Shown here in pieces: positions 52,692 to 61,298 of a stretch of 64,000 bases of DNA. The notes below the pieces were generated by a model. It did not search any database. It saw only the letters and a list, made by a program, of their open reading frames with translations, and was not told where the DNA came from. The stretch is from Planctomycetia bacterium. Its GTDB lineage: Bacteria; Planctomycetota; Planctomycetia; Pirellulales; UBA1268. The stretch spans positions 4,483 through 68,482 of the forward strand of contig JBKDMX010000046.1 in NCBI GenBank assembly GCA_046343855.1. The letters run 5' to 3'. The position numbers and the translations under genes were made by a program. Positions within the stretch are counted from its first letter, which is position 1, and each line of letters opens with the position of its first letter.

Positions 52692-54452
52692 ATGACGCCG
52701 ACGCCCGACATGACCTCGCTGCAAACCTTCTCCCTGCTCGCGCCCGAGATCGCGCTCGTGGCCGCGGCCATCGTGGCCTACCTCGCCGGCGCGTTCGCCG
52801 GCCTGCGGAGCGGCTGGCTCGTGGCCCTTGTGGGCATCGCGGCGGCGATGGCCCTCGCCGGCGGCCAGCCGGCGGCCGACGCAACCTCGGTCGTGGCCGG
52901 GCCAATCTCGATCAACGCCTTTTCGTCCTACATCCGCTGGACGGTGCTCGCCCTCGGCGCGCTGTTGGCGCTCGTCCAGGCAGGTGACCTCTTTCCGTCG
53001 GCTGTGAGCCGAGGGAATGCGGCCTGGCGCGGCGGCACCTGCGAGGAGGCGGGCACGTTTCTCCTCTTGCTCGCCGGGCTCTCGCTCGTGGGCGTGAGCG
53101 ACGATCTCGTGCTGCTCTTCGCCGGCCTCGAGCTCGTCTCGATCCCGACCTACATCCTGCTGGCCCTCAAACGGACCGACCCGCACGGACAGGAGGCGAG
53201 CCTCAAGTATTTCTTCCTCTCGCTCGTCGCCTCGGCGCTCTTTCTCTATGCCCTCGTCTGCCTCTACGGGATCGGCGGCTCGACGAGCCTCACCTCTATC
53301 GGCGAACGCCTGCGGTCCACGGACGTGTCGACTGTCGGCATCGCCACGGTCTTGTTGCCAGTGGTGCTCGGCATGGCGATGGCCGGCGCCGCGTTCCGCC
53401 TCGCGGCCGTGCCGATGCACTTCTACGCTCCCGACGTCTACGAGGGCACGAGCCCCGGCAATGCGGCGCTCCTCTCGACGCTGCCGAAGGTTGCGGGCGT
53501 CGTGGTGCTCCTGCGGCTTCTCGGCCTTGCCGTCACCGGTCCGACACAGGCTGCGGCGGTGGGCCCGGCAGCGGCGGCCTACACGACGCTCTTCTGGCAG
53601 CTGGCGGCGATCCTCGCCGCGATCACGATGACCGTCGGCAACGTGATGGCGCTGGTGCAGAAGAACCTCCGCCGCATGCTCGCCTGCTCGTCGATCGCCC
53701 ACGCCGGCTACCTGCTGCTTGGCGTGGCCGCGGCGGCCGCCTTCGCGGCGACGGGGGCGGCCGGCACTGGCAGCCAGGGAGCCATCACGGCCGCCGACGC
53801 CGGCTGGACCCGCGGCCTGGGGGGCACCGGCGCGACGCTCTTCTATCTGGCAACCTACGCCCTGGCGACGATCGGGGTCTTCGCGGCGATCACCTACCTC
53901 GGCCACCGCTGGCCCGAATGGTCCACCGGCAGCGGCCCGCGTCCGCCGCGCGAGGAGATCACGACGGTGGACGATCTCAACGGGCTTTCCAGCACCAACC
54001 CCGTGGCTGCGTTCGCGATCGCCACGTTCCTCCTGAGCCTCGCCGGCATTCCACCGCTGCCCGGGTTTTGGGGCAAGCTCTCGCTCGCCACCGCCGCGCT
54101 CGAGATCGACTGGAATGCGCCGGTCACGTTCGGCAGCCGCCGCGCCGTCTTCGTGGCGTTGGCCGTGATCCTCGTGCTCAACGCCGCGATCGCCGCCGCC
54201 TATTACCTGCGGATCATCGCGGCGATGTACTTCCGCTCGACGAAGCGCGGCGTGCAGGCCGATGGCGGCATTTCCGCGGGCTTGGCGATGCTCGCCTGCC
54301 TTGGCCTCGTCTTCGCGGCCACCGTGGCCCCGCGGTGGCTCTTCCATCCGGCGGTGCAGGCGGGCATGGCGGTGCGGGCAGGTGCCACGGCGGCAGTGAC
54401 GCCTCCAATCGACAAGCTTCATGCCCGGCACCTCCCCATCGAGACGCGATGA
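52692..54452 (+). CDS. nuoN: NADH-quinone oxidoreductase subunit N
   Basis: GLELVSIPTYILL, VPMHFYAPDVYEG, MLACSSIAHAGY. Confidence 0.92.
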   Translation: MTPTPDMTSLQTFSLLAPEIALVAAAIVAYLAGAFAGLRSGWLVALVGIAAAMALAGGQPAADATSVVAGPISINAFSSYIRWTVLALGALLALVQAGDLFPSAVSRGNAAWRGGTCEEAGTFLLLLAGLSLVGVSDDLVLLFAGLELVSIPTYILLALKRTDPHGQEASLKYFFLSLVASALFLYALVCLYGIGGSTSLTSIGERLRSTDVSTVGIATVLLPVVLGMAMAGAAFRLAAVPMHFYAPDVYEGTSPGNAALLSTLPKVAGVVVLLRLLGLAVTGPTQAAAVGPAAAAYTTLFWQLAAILAAITMTVGNVMALVQKNLRRMLACSSIAHAGYLLLGVAAAAAFAATGAAGTGSQGAITAADAGWTRGLGGTGATLFYLATYALATIGVFAAITYLGHRWPEWSTGSGPRPPREEITTVDDLNGLSSTNPVAAFAIATFLLSLAGIPPLPGFWGKLSLATAALEIDWNAPVTFGSRRAVFVALAVILVLNAAIAAAYYLRIIAAMYFRSTKRGVQADGGISAGLAMLACLGLVFAATVAPRWLFHPAVQAGMAVRAGATAAVTPPIDKLHARHLPIETR

Positions 54453-55537
54453 GCACCACACCCGACCAGTCCACCGTCACTGCCATCCTCGCTGACATCG
54501 CCGATCCGGAGACGGGCCGACCGCTCACCGCGATGGGCCAGGTCAAATCGGTCGAGGCTTCGCCCACGGCGATCAAAGTGACGATCGGCCTCACGACCCA
54601 CTCCGCGATCCTCTGGAAGCAGACCCGCGGCCGCATCGAAGAACTCGTGCGCTCGCGGTTCCCGCAGGTGGCAACCGTCACGATCGAGGTCGTGCCGCAC
54701 GATCGCCCGCCCGGCAAGCTCGGCCAGATCGGCCTCGAGGCCAAGAGTGTGATCGCAGTCGGCTCCGGCAAGGGAGGCGTGGGCAAGAGCACGATCGCCA
54801 CCTCGATCGCCATCGGCCTCGCGCGGGCCGGCAGCCGCGTGGGCCTCCTCGATGCCGACGTCTACGGCCCGAGCGTGCCGCACCTGCTGGGCCTCTCCGG
54901 CCGCCCGCAGATCGAGCAGGGCAAGATCCAGCCGATGCACCTCGCGCTCGGCGCGAACCAGATGCCAGTGATGTCGATGGGCTTCCTCGTGCCGCCGGGC
55001 GAGGCGGTCGTCTGGCGCGGTCCGATGCTCCACGGCGCCATCTCGCAGATGCTCCGCGACACCGCCTGGGGCCCGCTCGACTATCTGATCATCGACATGC
55101 CGCCCGGCACCGGCGACATCGCGCTGACGCTCTCGCAGGTCCTGCCGCTCACCGGCGCCGTGGTCGTCTGCACGCCGCAAGACGTGGCCCTGCTCGACGC
55201 GACCAAGGCGATCGCGATGTTTCGCAAGGTGAATATCCCGATCCTGGGCATGGTGGAGAACATGAGCTTCTTCGTCTGCCCCGACACGCAAAAGCGCTAC
55301 GACATCTTCGGCACCGGCGGCGCGAAGCGCACGGCCAAGGACCTCGACATCCCGTTCCTCGGCGAGGTGCCGATCCAGATCCCGATCCGCGAGCACGGCG
55401 ACGCAGGCCAGACCGCGGCCAACTACGACGACCCCGCCTCGCGTCGGTATCTCGAGTCGATCTGCGAACGGCTCGCCGGCAACCTCGCCGCCGCCACCGC
55501 CGCCCGCCCCCCGATGCCCTCTCTGCCGGTCCTGTAA
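54449..55537 (+). CDS. apbC: Mrp/NBP35/ApbC family Fe-S cluster carrier ATPase
   Basis: ATG at 54449 overlaps the nuoN stop (ATGA). DUF59-like N-terminus, GSGKGGVGKST, DADVYGPS, DYLIIDMPPGTGD. Confidence 0.9.
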   Translation: MSTTPDQSTVTAILADIADPETGRPLTAMGQVKSVEASPTAIKVTIGLTTHSAILWKQTRGRIEELVRSRFPQVATVTIEVVPHDRPPGKLGQIGLEAKSVIAVGSGKGGVGKSTIATSIAIGLARAGSRVGLLDADVYGPSVPHLLGLSGRPQIEQGKIQPMHLALGANQMPVMSMGFLVPPGEAVVWRGPMLHGAISQMLRDTAWGPLDYLIIDMPPGTGDIALTLSQVLPLTGAVVVCTPQDVALLDATKAIAMFRKVNIPILGMVENMSFFVCPDTQKRYDIFGTGGAKRTAKDLDIPFLGEVPIQIPIREHGDAGQTAANYDDPASRRYLESICERLAGNLAAATAARPPMPSLPVL

Positions 55538-55563
55538 CTACGAACAGCGACCGCTTGCTCAAA

Positions 55564-55589
55564 GTAGACCGCTTGCTCCGCAAGCGGAT
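55564..55589 (+). repeat. family C arm (left end of composite element; partial extra copy at 55549-55563)
   Basis: GTAGACCGCTTGCTCCGCAAGCGGAT. Confidence 0.85.
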
Positions 55590-55613
55590 TCCTACACGCG
55601 AGCGAGCACGGGT

Positions 55614-55677
55614 CGGCGGAAGCTCGCGGAGCATTTGGACCGAGTCCGCGAGGGCCACCGCGACGCGACTTCTGCCG
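55614..55677 (+). repeat. family B core (inside composite C-B-C element 55564-55731)
   Basis: CGGCGGAAGCTCGCGGAGCATTTGGACCGAGTCCGCGAGGGCCACCGCGACGCGACTTCTGCCG. Confidence 0.85.
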
Positions 55678-55704
55678 CCCGGGCGAGCGGCTGCGGCACA
55701 AAAA

Positions 55705-55731
55705 GATCCGCTTGCGGAGCAAGCGGTCTAC
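55705..55731 (-). repeat. family C arm (right end of composite element)
   Basis: GATCCGCTTGCGGAGCAAGCGGTCTAC. Contains the HEPN gene TAG stop (55728-55730). Confidence 0.85.
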
Positions 55732-56132
55732 ACATGCGGCTGCACGGCGGCCACGGTCTTGCGGGCGATGTCGCGGGCGGCGACGGCGTCTTCTTTCGTG
55801 TAGAAGCCCGAAGGGGTGAGGTCCTCGGCACCGTAAAACGCGAGTTCGCGGTCCCGTCGCAGCGTCCGCGATCCGGCCGCGAGCGCCTCCACCTCCCGCT
55901 GGATCGCCTTGGGCAGCCGCGACCGCTCGGCCACCAGCACGTCCGACACGTCGTGGATCCGCGGCGGCTCGATGCCGGACGCCCGCAAAAGCCCTTTGAG
56001 CGCGAGCTCGACGACCTCCTGCGACTCGCGGACCACGTCGGCCCAGCTTTGGGCTGCGAACAGCGAATCGAGCGCCGCCAGCCGCGCGGCTGCTCGACGG
56101 ACGTAGTCGGCGGCAAGGTCAGGACTGCGCAC
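55728..56132 (-). CDS. HEPN domain protein (putative toxin partner of the adjacent nucleotidyltransferase)
   Basis: GTG at 56132, overlapping the upstream gene by 14 nt. HEPN-like helices (ESQEVVELALKGLLRASGIEPPRIHDV ... RRDRELAFYG). The TAG stop lies in a family C repeat arm. Confidence 0.6.
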   Translation of the reverse strand: MRSPDLAADYVRRAAARLAALDSLFAAQSWADVVRESQEVVELALKGLLRASGIEPPRIHDVSDVLVAERSRLPKAIQREVEALAAGSRTLRRDRELAFYGAEDLTPSGFYTKEDAVAARDIARKTVAAVQPHV

Positions 56133-56733
56133 GGGAACCCTCGTGAATCCAGTAGGGCTGGCCCTGGGCCATGCGCCGCACCAGTTCTCCGCTCGCGATC
56201 CGGCCGCGGATGGCGATGAGCCGTCGGGAGACGACGAGATCGCGGTCGTGGAGCACGATCCCGCAGACGGCGGCTTCCGCCCAACTGCCGGAAACGGCCG
56301 CTGTCGGATCGGGCAGGTGCACGAAGTGCAGGTCGACCTCGCGGCCGTCCCACGGCGGCACGCCCCCCTCCCATTCTCGATAGAGCGCTCGCGTGATCGG
56401 CACACGCTCCGCAACCACCACCAGCAGATCGACATCCGAAGTTGTCGACAGCTCGCCCCGCGCGAACGAACCGTAGACGACGACCCCGAGCAGGGCGTCT
56501 CCCAGCCGCGCACGCAGCGGCAAGACGACCGCCGCCGCGGCATCGATCCCGGCCGCGCCCGGGGCCGCCAGCGTGCGGCTGCACCACTCGTTGAGCGACG
56601 CGCCGGCGGTCGCCGCTTCCCGCCGCAGAAGCCCGTGCAACCGCGGATCGATCCGCAGCACGAACGTGCCGGAGGCCTGCTCTCGGCCCTTGGTGCGGGC
56701 TGCCGGTTTCGACGGCCTGATACTACTGCTCAT
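56119..56733 (-). CDS. minimal nucleotidyltransferase (MNT) with N-terminal HicB/RHH-like segment
   Basis: ATG at 56733. FVLRIDPRLHGLLRREAATAGASLNEWCSRTL (antitoxin-like), then VVVYGSFARGELSTTSDVDLLVVV (NTase GS...DxD). Confidence 0.65.
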   Translation of the reverse strand: MSSSIRPSKPAARTKGREQASGTFVLRIDPRLHGLLRREAATAGASLNEWCSRTLAAPGAAGIDAAAAVVLPLRARLGDALLGVVVYGSFARGELSTTSDVDLLVVVAERVPITRALYREWEGGVPPWDGREVDLHFVHLPDPTAAVSGSWAEAAVCGIVLHDRDLVVSRRLIAIRGRIASGELVRRMAQGQPYWIHEGSRAQS

Positions 56734-56760
56734 GCATGAATGATACCGTTGCGGCTGGCC

Positions 56761-57546
56761 TCAGTACAGCCACAGCCGCAGGGCATCGCGGTCGATCGTT
56801 GGCTGCCGGGTATACCGCATCACCCTGCCCAGCGATCGCACCTCGGGAGCTCGCGAGCCCAGCCGGGCCCACTCGGCAAGCGTCGCCCGCGGCGTTCGCG
56901 GTGCAGCAGGGAGCCCCCAGGCGTCGCCGACGCTGCGCCACAATGCGTCGAGCCGGGACCGCTTCAGGTGGATCGCGTCGAGCCCGTACCAGTCTCCTGG
57001 CTGCTCGATGGAGGTCGCGCCCAGTTCCGCGGCGAGGGCCAGCAGCTCATCGTCGAGCCACTGCGCCGCTTCTTTGAGTTCGTCGAGTGCGAGCAGACAG
57101 CCGGGCACGTAAAGGGTCCGCAGGAGGCTGTAGCGCGTGGCGCCCACGCTGAAGATGCTTGCCAGCGGCAGGCCCGTGATCGCGAGGCGGGCCCCACGGT
57201 CGGCGAGCCGTCGGGCTGCTTCTTTGACCGCCCCCGCCACCGCCGCGACGCCGAGGCCGTAGAGCAGTTCGTTGCCGACGTCCGTCACGAGCGCCAGCGG
57301 CTTCTCCACCTGCGTGCGGTCGAGCGCCCGCCAGAGGCCGCTCGAGAGGATCGACGGCAATCGCCGCGCCCAGACGCGGCTGCTCACACCGTAGGCGCGG
57401 CCGTGACCGGCCGCCACGTAGAGATCGATCGGCCCGCTCGAGCGGGCCCGCGCCGTGGCTGCCAGCCGCGCAAGCCCCCGCGCCACGTTGCTCGCGCCGA
57501 GCACGACGATCGGGCGGCGGGAAGCGGTCAGTTCCACCGCCGCCAC
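56761..57546 (-). CDS. hypothetical protein, possibly SGNH-hydrolase-like fold
   Basis: GTG start at 57546. VVLGASNV, VTDVGNELLYG and GLDAIHL loosely resemble SGNH blocks I, III and V. Confidence 0.4.
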   Translation of the reverse strand: MAAVELTASRRPIVVLGASNVARGLARLAATARARSSGPIDLYVAAGHGRAYGVSSRVWARRLPSILSSGLWRALDRTQVEKPLALVTDVGNELLYGLGVAAVAGAVKEAARRLADRGARLAITGLPLASIFSVGATRYSLLRTLYVPGCLLALDELKEAAQWLDDELLALAAELGATSIEQPGDWYGLDAIHLKRSRLDALWRSVGDAWGLPAAPRTPRATLAEWARLGSRAPEVRSLGRVMRYTRQPTIDRDALRLWLY

Positions 57547-58316
57547 GGCGTGCCCCCTGAAAGATTTTGCCAGCAGGAGACCGCGAGCATCGCAAACATG
57601 ATGCCGAGATAGGGCTCGTTGTTCGTGTATCCCCAGAAGGCGACCAATCCACCAGCAACCACCCCGAGCATGCCGGCGATCCGCGGCGCGTCGTCGATGC
57701 CGAGGCTCGCCAGCCCCTCCCGCACGATCTGCCCGCCGTCGAGCGGGGGCACCGGCAGGAGGTTCAAAAGCGGCCAGAAGATGTTCACCTGCAGGAGAAA
57801 CCAGACAAGGGCAAACCCGATCGGCGATGCAAAGGGCCGCCCCTCGGAGAGCCCGAGCGCCGTGCCGACCGACCGGATCGGGAAGGGCACGCGATAGCCC
57901 CAGGCCTTCAGCGCGGCGACGATCGCCGCGGCCAGGAGCAACTGCGCGAGCGGCCCGGCTGCCGACACGATGAGCCGCTCGATCGGGCGGCGGGCACCGC
58001 GGCGGCCCCAGCCATCGGGCACGGCGAGTCCGCCGAAGTGGTAGAGGATCACGTGCGCGGACTGTCCAAACCGGCGATAGGCGAGCGCGTGGCCCAGTTC
58101 ATGAACGAGCAGCGACACGAGCACCACGCCGACCCAGGCCGCCAGGTATCTCAAGAGGTCCCGCTGGTCTCCCTCGGCGAGGCTCTGGCAGAGGTTCCAG
58201 CCGAGCAGGACGGCCGCCACCCAAAACCAGCCCGACACGCGCACGGGAATGCCGAGCAGCGAAAACCGCAGATCGGCCGGCGTCGGCTGTGGCTCACCGA
58301 GAACCATGCCCGCCAT
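57528..58316 (-). CDS. M50 family (site-2 protease-like) membrane metalloprotease
   Basis: ATG at 58316 (TAATG junction with lpxB). HELGHALAY and NLLPVPPLDGG. The upstream 390 aa of ORF 57528..59486 is an artefact. Confidence 0.85.
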   Translation of the reverse strand: MAGMVLGEPQPTPADLRFSLLGIPVRVSGWFWVAAVLLGWNLCQSLAEGDQRDLLRYLAAWVGVVLVSLLVHELGHALAYRRFGQSAHVILYHFGGLAVPDGWGRRGARRPIERLIVSAAGPLAQLLLAAAIVAALKAWGYRVPFPIRSVGTALGLSEGRPFASPIGFALVWFLLQVNIFWPLLNLLPVPPLDGGQIVREGLASLGIDDAPRIAGMLGVVAGGLVAFWGYTNNEPYLGIMFAMLAVSCWQNLSGGTPWRRWN

Positions 58317-59578
58317 TATGCCGCATGATCGGCCACCACGACCGGCCAGCTGCGTTTCTGCTTGTCCGCAGGGTTTCCTTGGGCGTTCGTGCCCGTGGCG
58401 ATCGCCAGCACCGCCGCGGCGGCCCGTTCGGCCGAGCCCTCCACGGCGACATCGGCGGCGATGCGCTCGAGCCGAGCCACGGTGCGGCCGCGGACCACGG
58501 GATTGCATAGCCACTCGACAACGTGGTCGGCCGCGCGGCCGGCCGGATCCTGCACGGCGAGAAACTCCGGATAGACGGCCTCGGGATCGGCGGGCTCGAC
58601 GTCGCGCGGCACGCGCCAGCCGCCCCGCGCCGGCCGAATCGGCTCCGGGCAGCCGAGCAGGTTGACGAGCGTGATGAACCGGGCGTGGCGACACCAGCTC
58701 TGCACGACATAGGCCAGGCGGCTGATGCGGTAAACGATCACGGTCGGCACCCGGGCGGCGAGCAGTTCGAGCGACACCGAGCCGCTGACGGCGATCGCAC
58801 AAGCGGCCTCGGCGATCAGGCTCCGCGTGCGGCCCGCCGCGACCTCCAGATCGAGACCGCGGAGTTCGTGCCCCAGCGCCGCCATCATCTCGCGCACCCG
58901 CGCCGCATGCCGCTCGTGCAGGGCTCCGATGGCAAACCGTGCCTCCGGCACGCGGGCATGCACCGCCGCGGCGGCGCGGAGGATCGGCCCGAGATTGCTT
59001 TCGATCTCCTGGCCGCGGGATCCGGGCAGCAGAAGGACGAGCGGTCTGCCAGACGCGCCGCGTCCCGGCTCGACCGGCTCGAGTTCGTCGAAGAACGGAT
59101 GGCCCACGAGCGTGCTCGGCATTCCCTGCGCGGTAAACCAGTCGTGCTCGAAGGGCAGCGCCGAAAGCACATGGTCGATGAGCCGCCGCATCTTCTTGAT
59201 CCGCCAACTCGCCCAGGCCCAGATCTGCGGTGGGCAGTAGAACACGACCGGAATCCCATGCCGCTTCGCCCGCCACGCGAGCCACCAGTGGAAGCCCGGG
59301 AAGTCGACGAGCACGCAGATATCGGGGCGGGCATCGAGAAAGCTGCGCTCGGCCCGCCGCGCGAGCTCGACGAAGCGATGGATGTTGAGGATCACCCGCA
59401 AAAACCACATGACGGCGAGTTTCGTCATGTCGGCCACGAGCGTGCAGCCCTCGGCGGCCATACACGGCCCGCCCAGGCCGACGCACTCGACATCGGGCCG
59501 CCGCGCCTTCAGCGCGCGCACGAGCAGCGCCGCATGATGGTCGCCCGAAGGCTCGCCCGCCGAGAGAAACACGCGCAT
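58316..59578 (-). CDS. lpxB: lipid-A-disaccharide synthase
   Basis: ATG at 59578 (MRVFLSAGEPSGDHHAA...). DFPGFH, YYCPPQIWAW, LLPGSR. Confidence 0.9.
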   Translation of the reverse strand: MRVFLSAGEPSGDHHAALLVRALKARRPDVECVGLGGPCMAAEGCTLVADMTKLAVMWFLRVILNIHRFVELARRAERSFLDARPDICVLVDFPGFHWWLAWRAKRHGIPVVFYCPPQIWAWASWRIKKMRRLIDHVLSALPFEHDWFTAQGMPSTLVGHPFFDELEPVEPGRGASGRPLVLLLPGSRGQEIESNLGPILRAAAAVHARVPEARFAIGALHERHAARVREMMAALGHELRGLDLEVAAGRTRSLIAEAACAIAVSGSVSLELLAARVPTVIVYRISRLAYVVQSWCRHARFITLVNLLGCPEPIRPARGGWRVPRDVEPADPEAVYPEFLAVQDPAGRAADHVVEWLCNPVVRGRTVARLERIAADVAVEGSAERAAAAVLAIATGTNAQGNPADKQKRSWPVVVADHAA

Positions 59579-59614
59579 GAAAAACTCCGCATGGGACCTC
59601 TGTCCCACGCGGAG
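59579..59614 (-). terminator. terminator-like hairpin plus T5 immediately upstream of the lpxB start codon
   Basis: Minus strand reads CTCCGCGTGGGAC-AGAG-GTCCCATGCGGAG-TTTTTC-ATG. The 13-bp stem has 1 mismatch, and the 3' arm contains the GGAG likely used as the lpxB RBS. Confidence 0.5.
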
Positions 59615-59692
59615 TATTTCAAGTTCTTGCCGCCCCCCCTAGGCCATTTTCAAGAGGGTTTTGTGGGCTTTCCGGCCCGTGCCAAGCGACGC

Positions 59693-60136
59693 TCACTTCG
59701 CAGCCGGCGCGAATCCCTTCTCGATATTCCCAAACACCATGTTCACCTGCTCCTCAGCCGATGCCTTCTCGACCTTGCCCTTGCAGTTCGGGCAGCAGAA
59801 GCCGACCTCGACGCCATCGACGCTGACCTGCGTGCCGGGCTTCACCGGGCCGCCGCTGAAGGGGCAGCCCTTCTGCACGAGCTGGCCCGTGCTCACCATC
59901 TGCTGGTGGGCCTTGGCGGCAAACTTCGTCGAGTCTCCCTCGAAGGCGTTCTGGCAGTTGCCACAGCAGAAGTAGACCGAGCCGCCGTCGAAGGCGACGC
60001 TCTTCTCCGGGTTGCAGCCCTTGCCCGAGACGGGGCACTTCGCATCCTTCGGCTCCTTCACGGCGGCCACGCCGATCACGGCCGAGCAGCAGACGGCGGC
60101 CAGCAAGGCCGCGGCGATCATGAGTCGCGTCTTCAT
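59693..60136 (-). CDS. secreted protein with two YHS/TRASH-like Cys motifs (putative metal binding)
   Basis: AAGGAA RBS, signal peptide. Repeated CP.SG...V.FCC.NC pattern (VYFCCGNCQNAF; VGFCCPNCKGK). Confidence 0.55.
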   Translation of the reverse strand: MKTRLMIAAALLAAVCCSAVIGVAAVKEPKDAKCPVSGKGCNPEKSVAFDGGSVYFCCGNCQNAFEGDSTKFAAKAHQQMVSTGQLVQKGCPFSGGPVKPGTQVSVDGVEVGFCCPNCKGKVEKASAEEQVNMVFGNIEKGFAPAAK

Positions 60137-60253
60137 GGAATTATTCCTTTATTGACGGTGAGCACTTCAGAGGGCGGATCGACGCCGCCCGATGGCCACT
60201 GATGATAGGGCGGAGACGGATGCCGCCGCAACAGAATCGTCAGCCGCGTCGAA

Positions 60254-61228
60254 TCACGCCCACAACCGGCTGATGACCCCGTAATAGAGCGGAATCCCCA
60301 GGCTGATGTTGAACGGGAACGTCACACTCAGCGACAGGAGTTCGAAGAGGCCGGGATTGGCCTCCGGCACCGCCTGCCGCATCGCCGCGGGCACGACGAT
60401 ATAGGAGGAACTGGCGCAGAGCAGCGTAAAGAGGAGCGCGTCACCCTTGCTCATCCCGAGGGCATAGGCCAGGCCGATGCCGATCGCCGCGTTCGCCAGC
60501 GGCGCGAGGATTCCGAAGGCCACCAGTTTCGGCCCCACCTCGATCAGCTTGCCCGCCTTCCTGGCGGCGAGCATGCCGACATCGAGGAGGAAGAGCAGCA
60601 CGATCCCCTTGAAGATCCCCGACATGAACGGCTTCAGACTCTCGCCCGACGTTGGCCCGGTGATCACGCCGATGATCAGGCTACCGATCAGAAGCAGGAC
60701 GGTGCCGTTGAAAAACGACTCGTGGAGAATCGCCTTCATGCCCGCCCGTCCGCCCTCTTCTTTTCGCGGGGCGAACATCCGCACGAGCATGATGCCCATG
60801 ATGACCGCCGGCGATTCCATCAGCGACATGACAGCGACCATATGCCCGCCGAATTCGACGTGCTGCCGACTGAGGAATTCGGTGCCGACGACGAATGTCA
60901 CGATGCTGATCGAGCCATAGGTCGCCGCCATCGCCGCGGCGTCATACACGCTGAGAATGCGTCTGAGGAAGAAGAACGTATAGAACGGCACGAATAGGGC
61001 CATCGCCATCGCGGCCACGATCGTGGCGGCCACCTCCGTCGTCAGCCCGGCCTGGGCGAGCTTTTCGCCCCCCGTGTAGCCGATCGAGATCAGCAGATAG
61101 GTCGAGAAGAATTTCGGCAACGGATAGGGCAGTTCGAGATCGGAGTGCAGCAAGACCGACACGAACCCCAAGAAGAAGAACAGGGCCGCGGGGCTCAGCA
61201 CGTTCGCCAGAATCGTCTGCGTGTCCAT
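60254..61228 (-). CDS. SbtA-family (DUF897) putative sodium-dependent bicarbonate transport permease
   Basis: 324 aa polytopic protein. The N-terminal LSPAALFFFLGFVSVLLHSDLELPYP...LLISIGYTGG resembles the Sbt_1 family. Confidence 0.65.
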   Translation of the reverse strand: MDTQTILANVLSPAALFFFLGFVSVLLHSDLELPYPLPKFFSTYLLISIGYTGGEKLAQAGLTTEVAATIVAAMAMALFVPFYTFFFLRRILSVYDAAAMAATYGSISIVTFVVGTEFLSRQHVEFGGHMVAVMSLMESPAVIMGIMLVRMFAPRKEEGGRAGMKAILHESFFNGTVLLLIGSLIIGVITGPTSGESLKPFMSGIFKGIVLLFLLDVGMLAARKAGKLIEVGPKLVAFGILAPLANAAIGIGLAYALGMSKGDALLFTLLCASSSYIVVPAAMRQAVPEANPGLFELLSLSVTFPFNISLGIPLYYGVISRLWA

Positions 61229-61298
61229 GGATCCTCGTCCTTTCGTCGCGGTCGTCGCGGCTCGGGGACAATGTCGTCATCGCGGTGGCGCGCGGCCA

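Noticed and set aside
40573-54461. Very long minus-strand ORFs across the nuo operon: 40573..42609, 43903..45558, 45453..46808, 48786..50123, 50875..52905 and 52446..54461.
   Set aside because: They are antisense to unmistakable nuo genes and translate to Arg/Gly/Ala/Pro-rich low-complexity sequence. This is the typical high-GC absence-of-stop artefact.
58317-59486. N-terminal 390 aa of ORF 57528..59486(-).
   Set aside because: It is out of frame over lpxB and Arg/Pro-rich. The M50 protease homology starts at the ATG at 58316.
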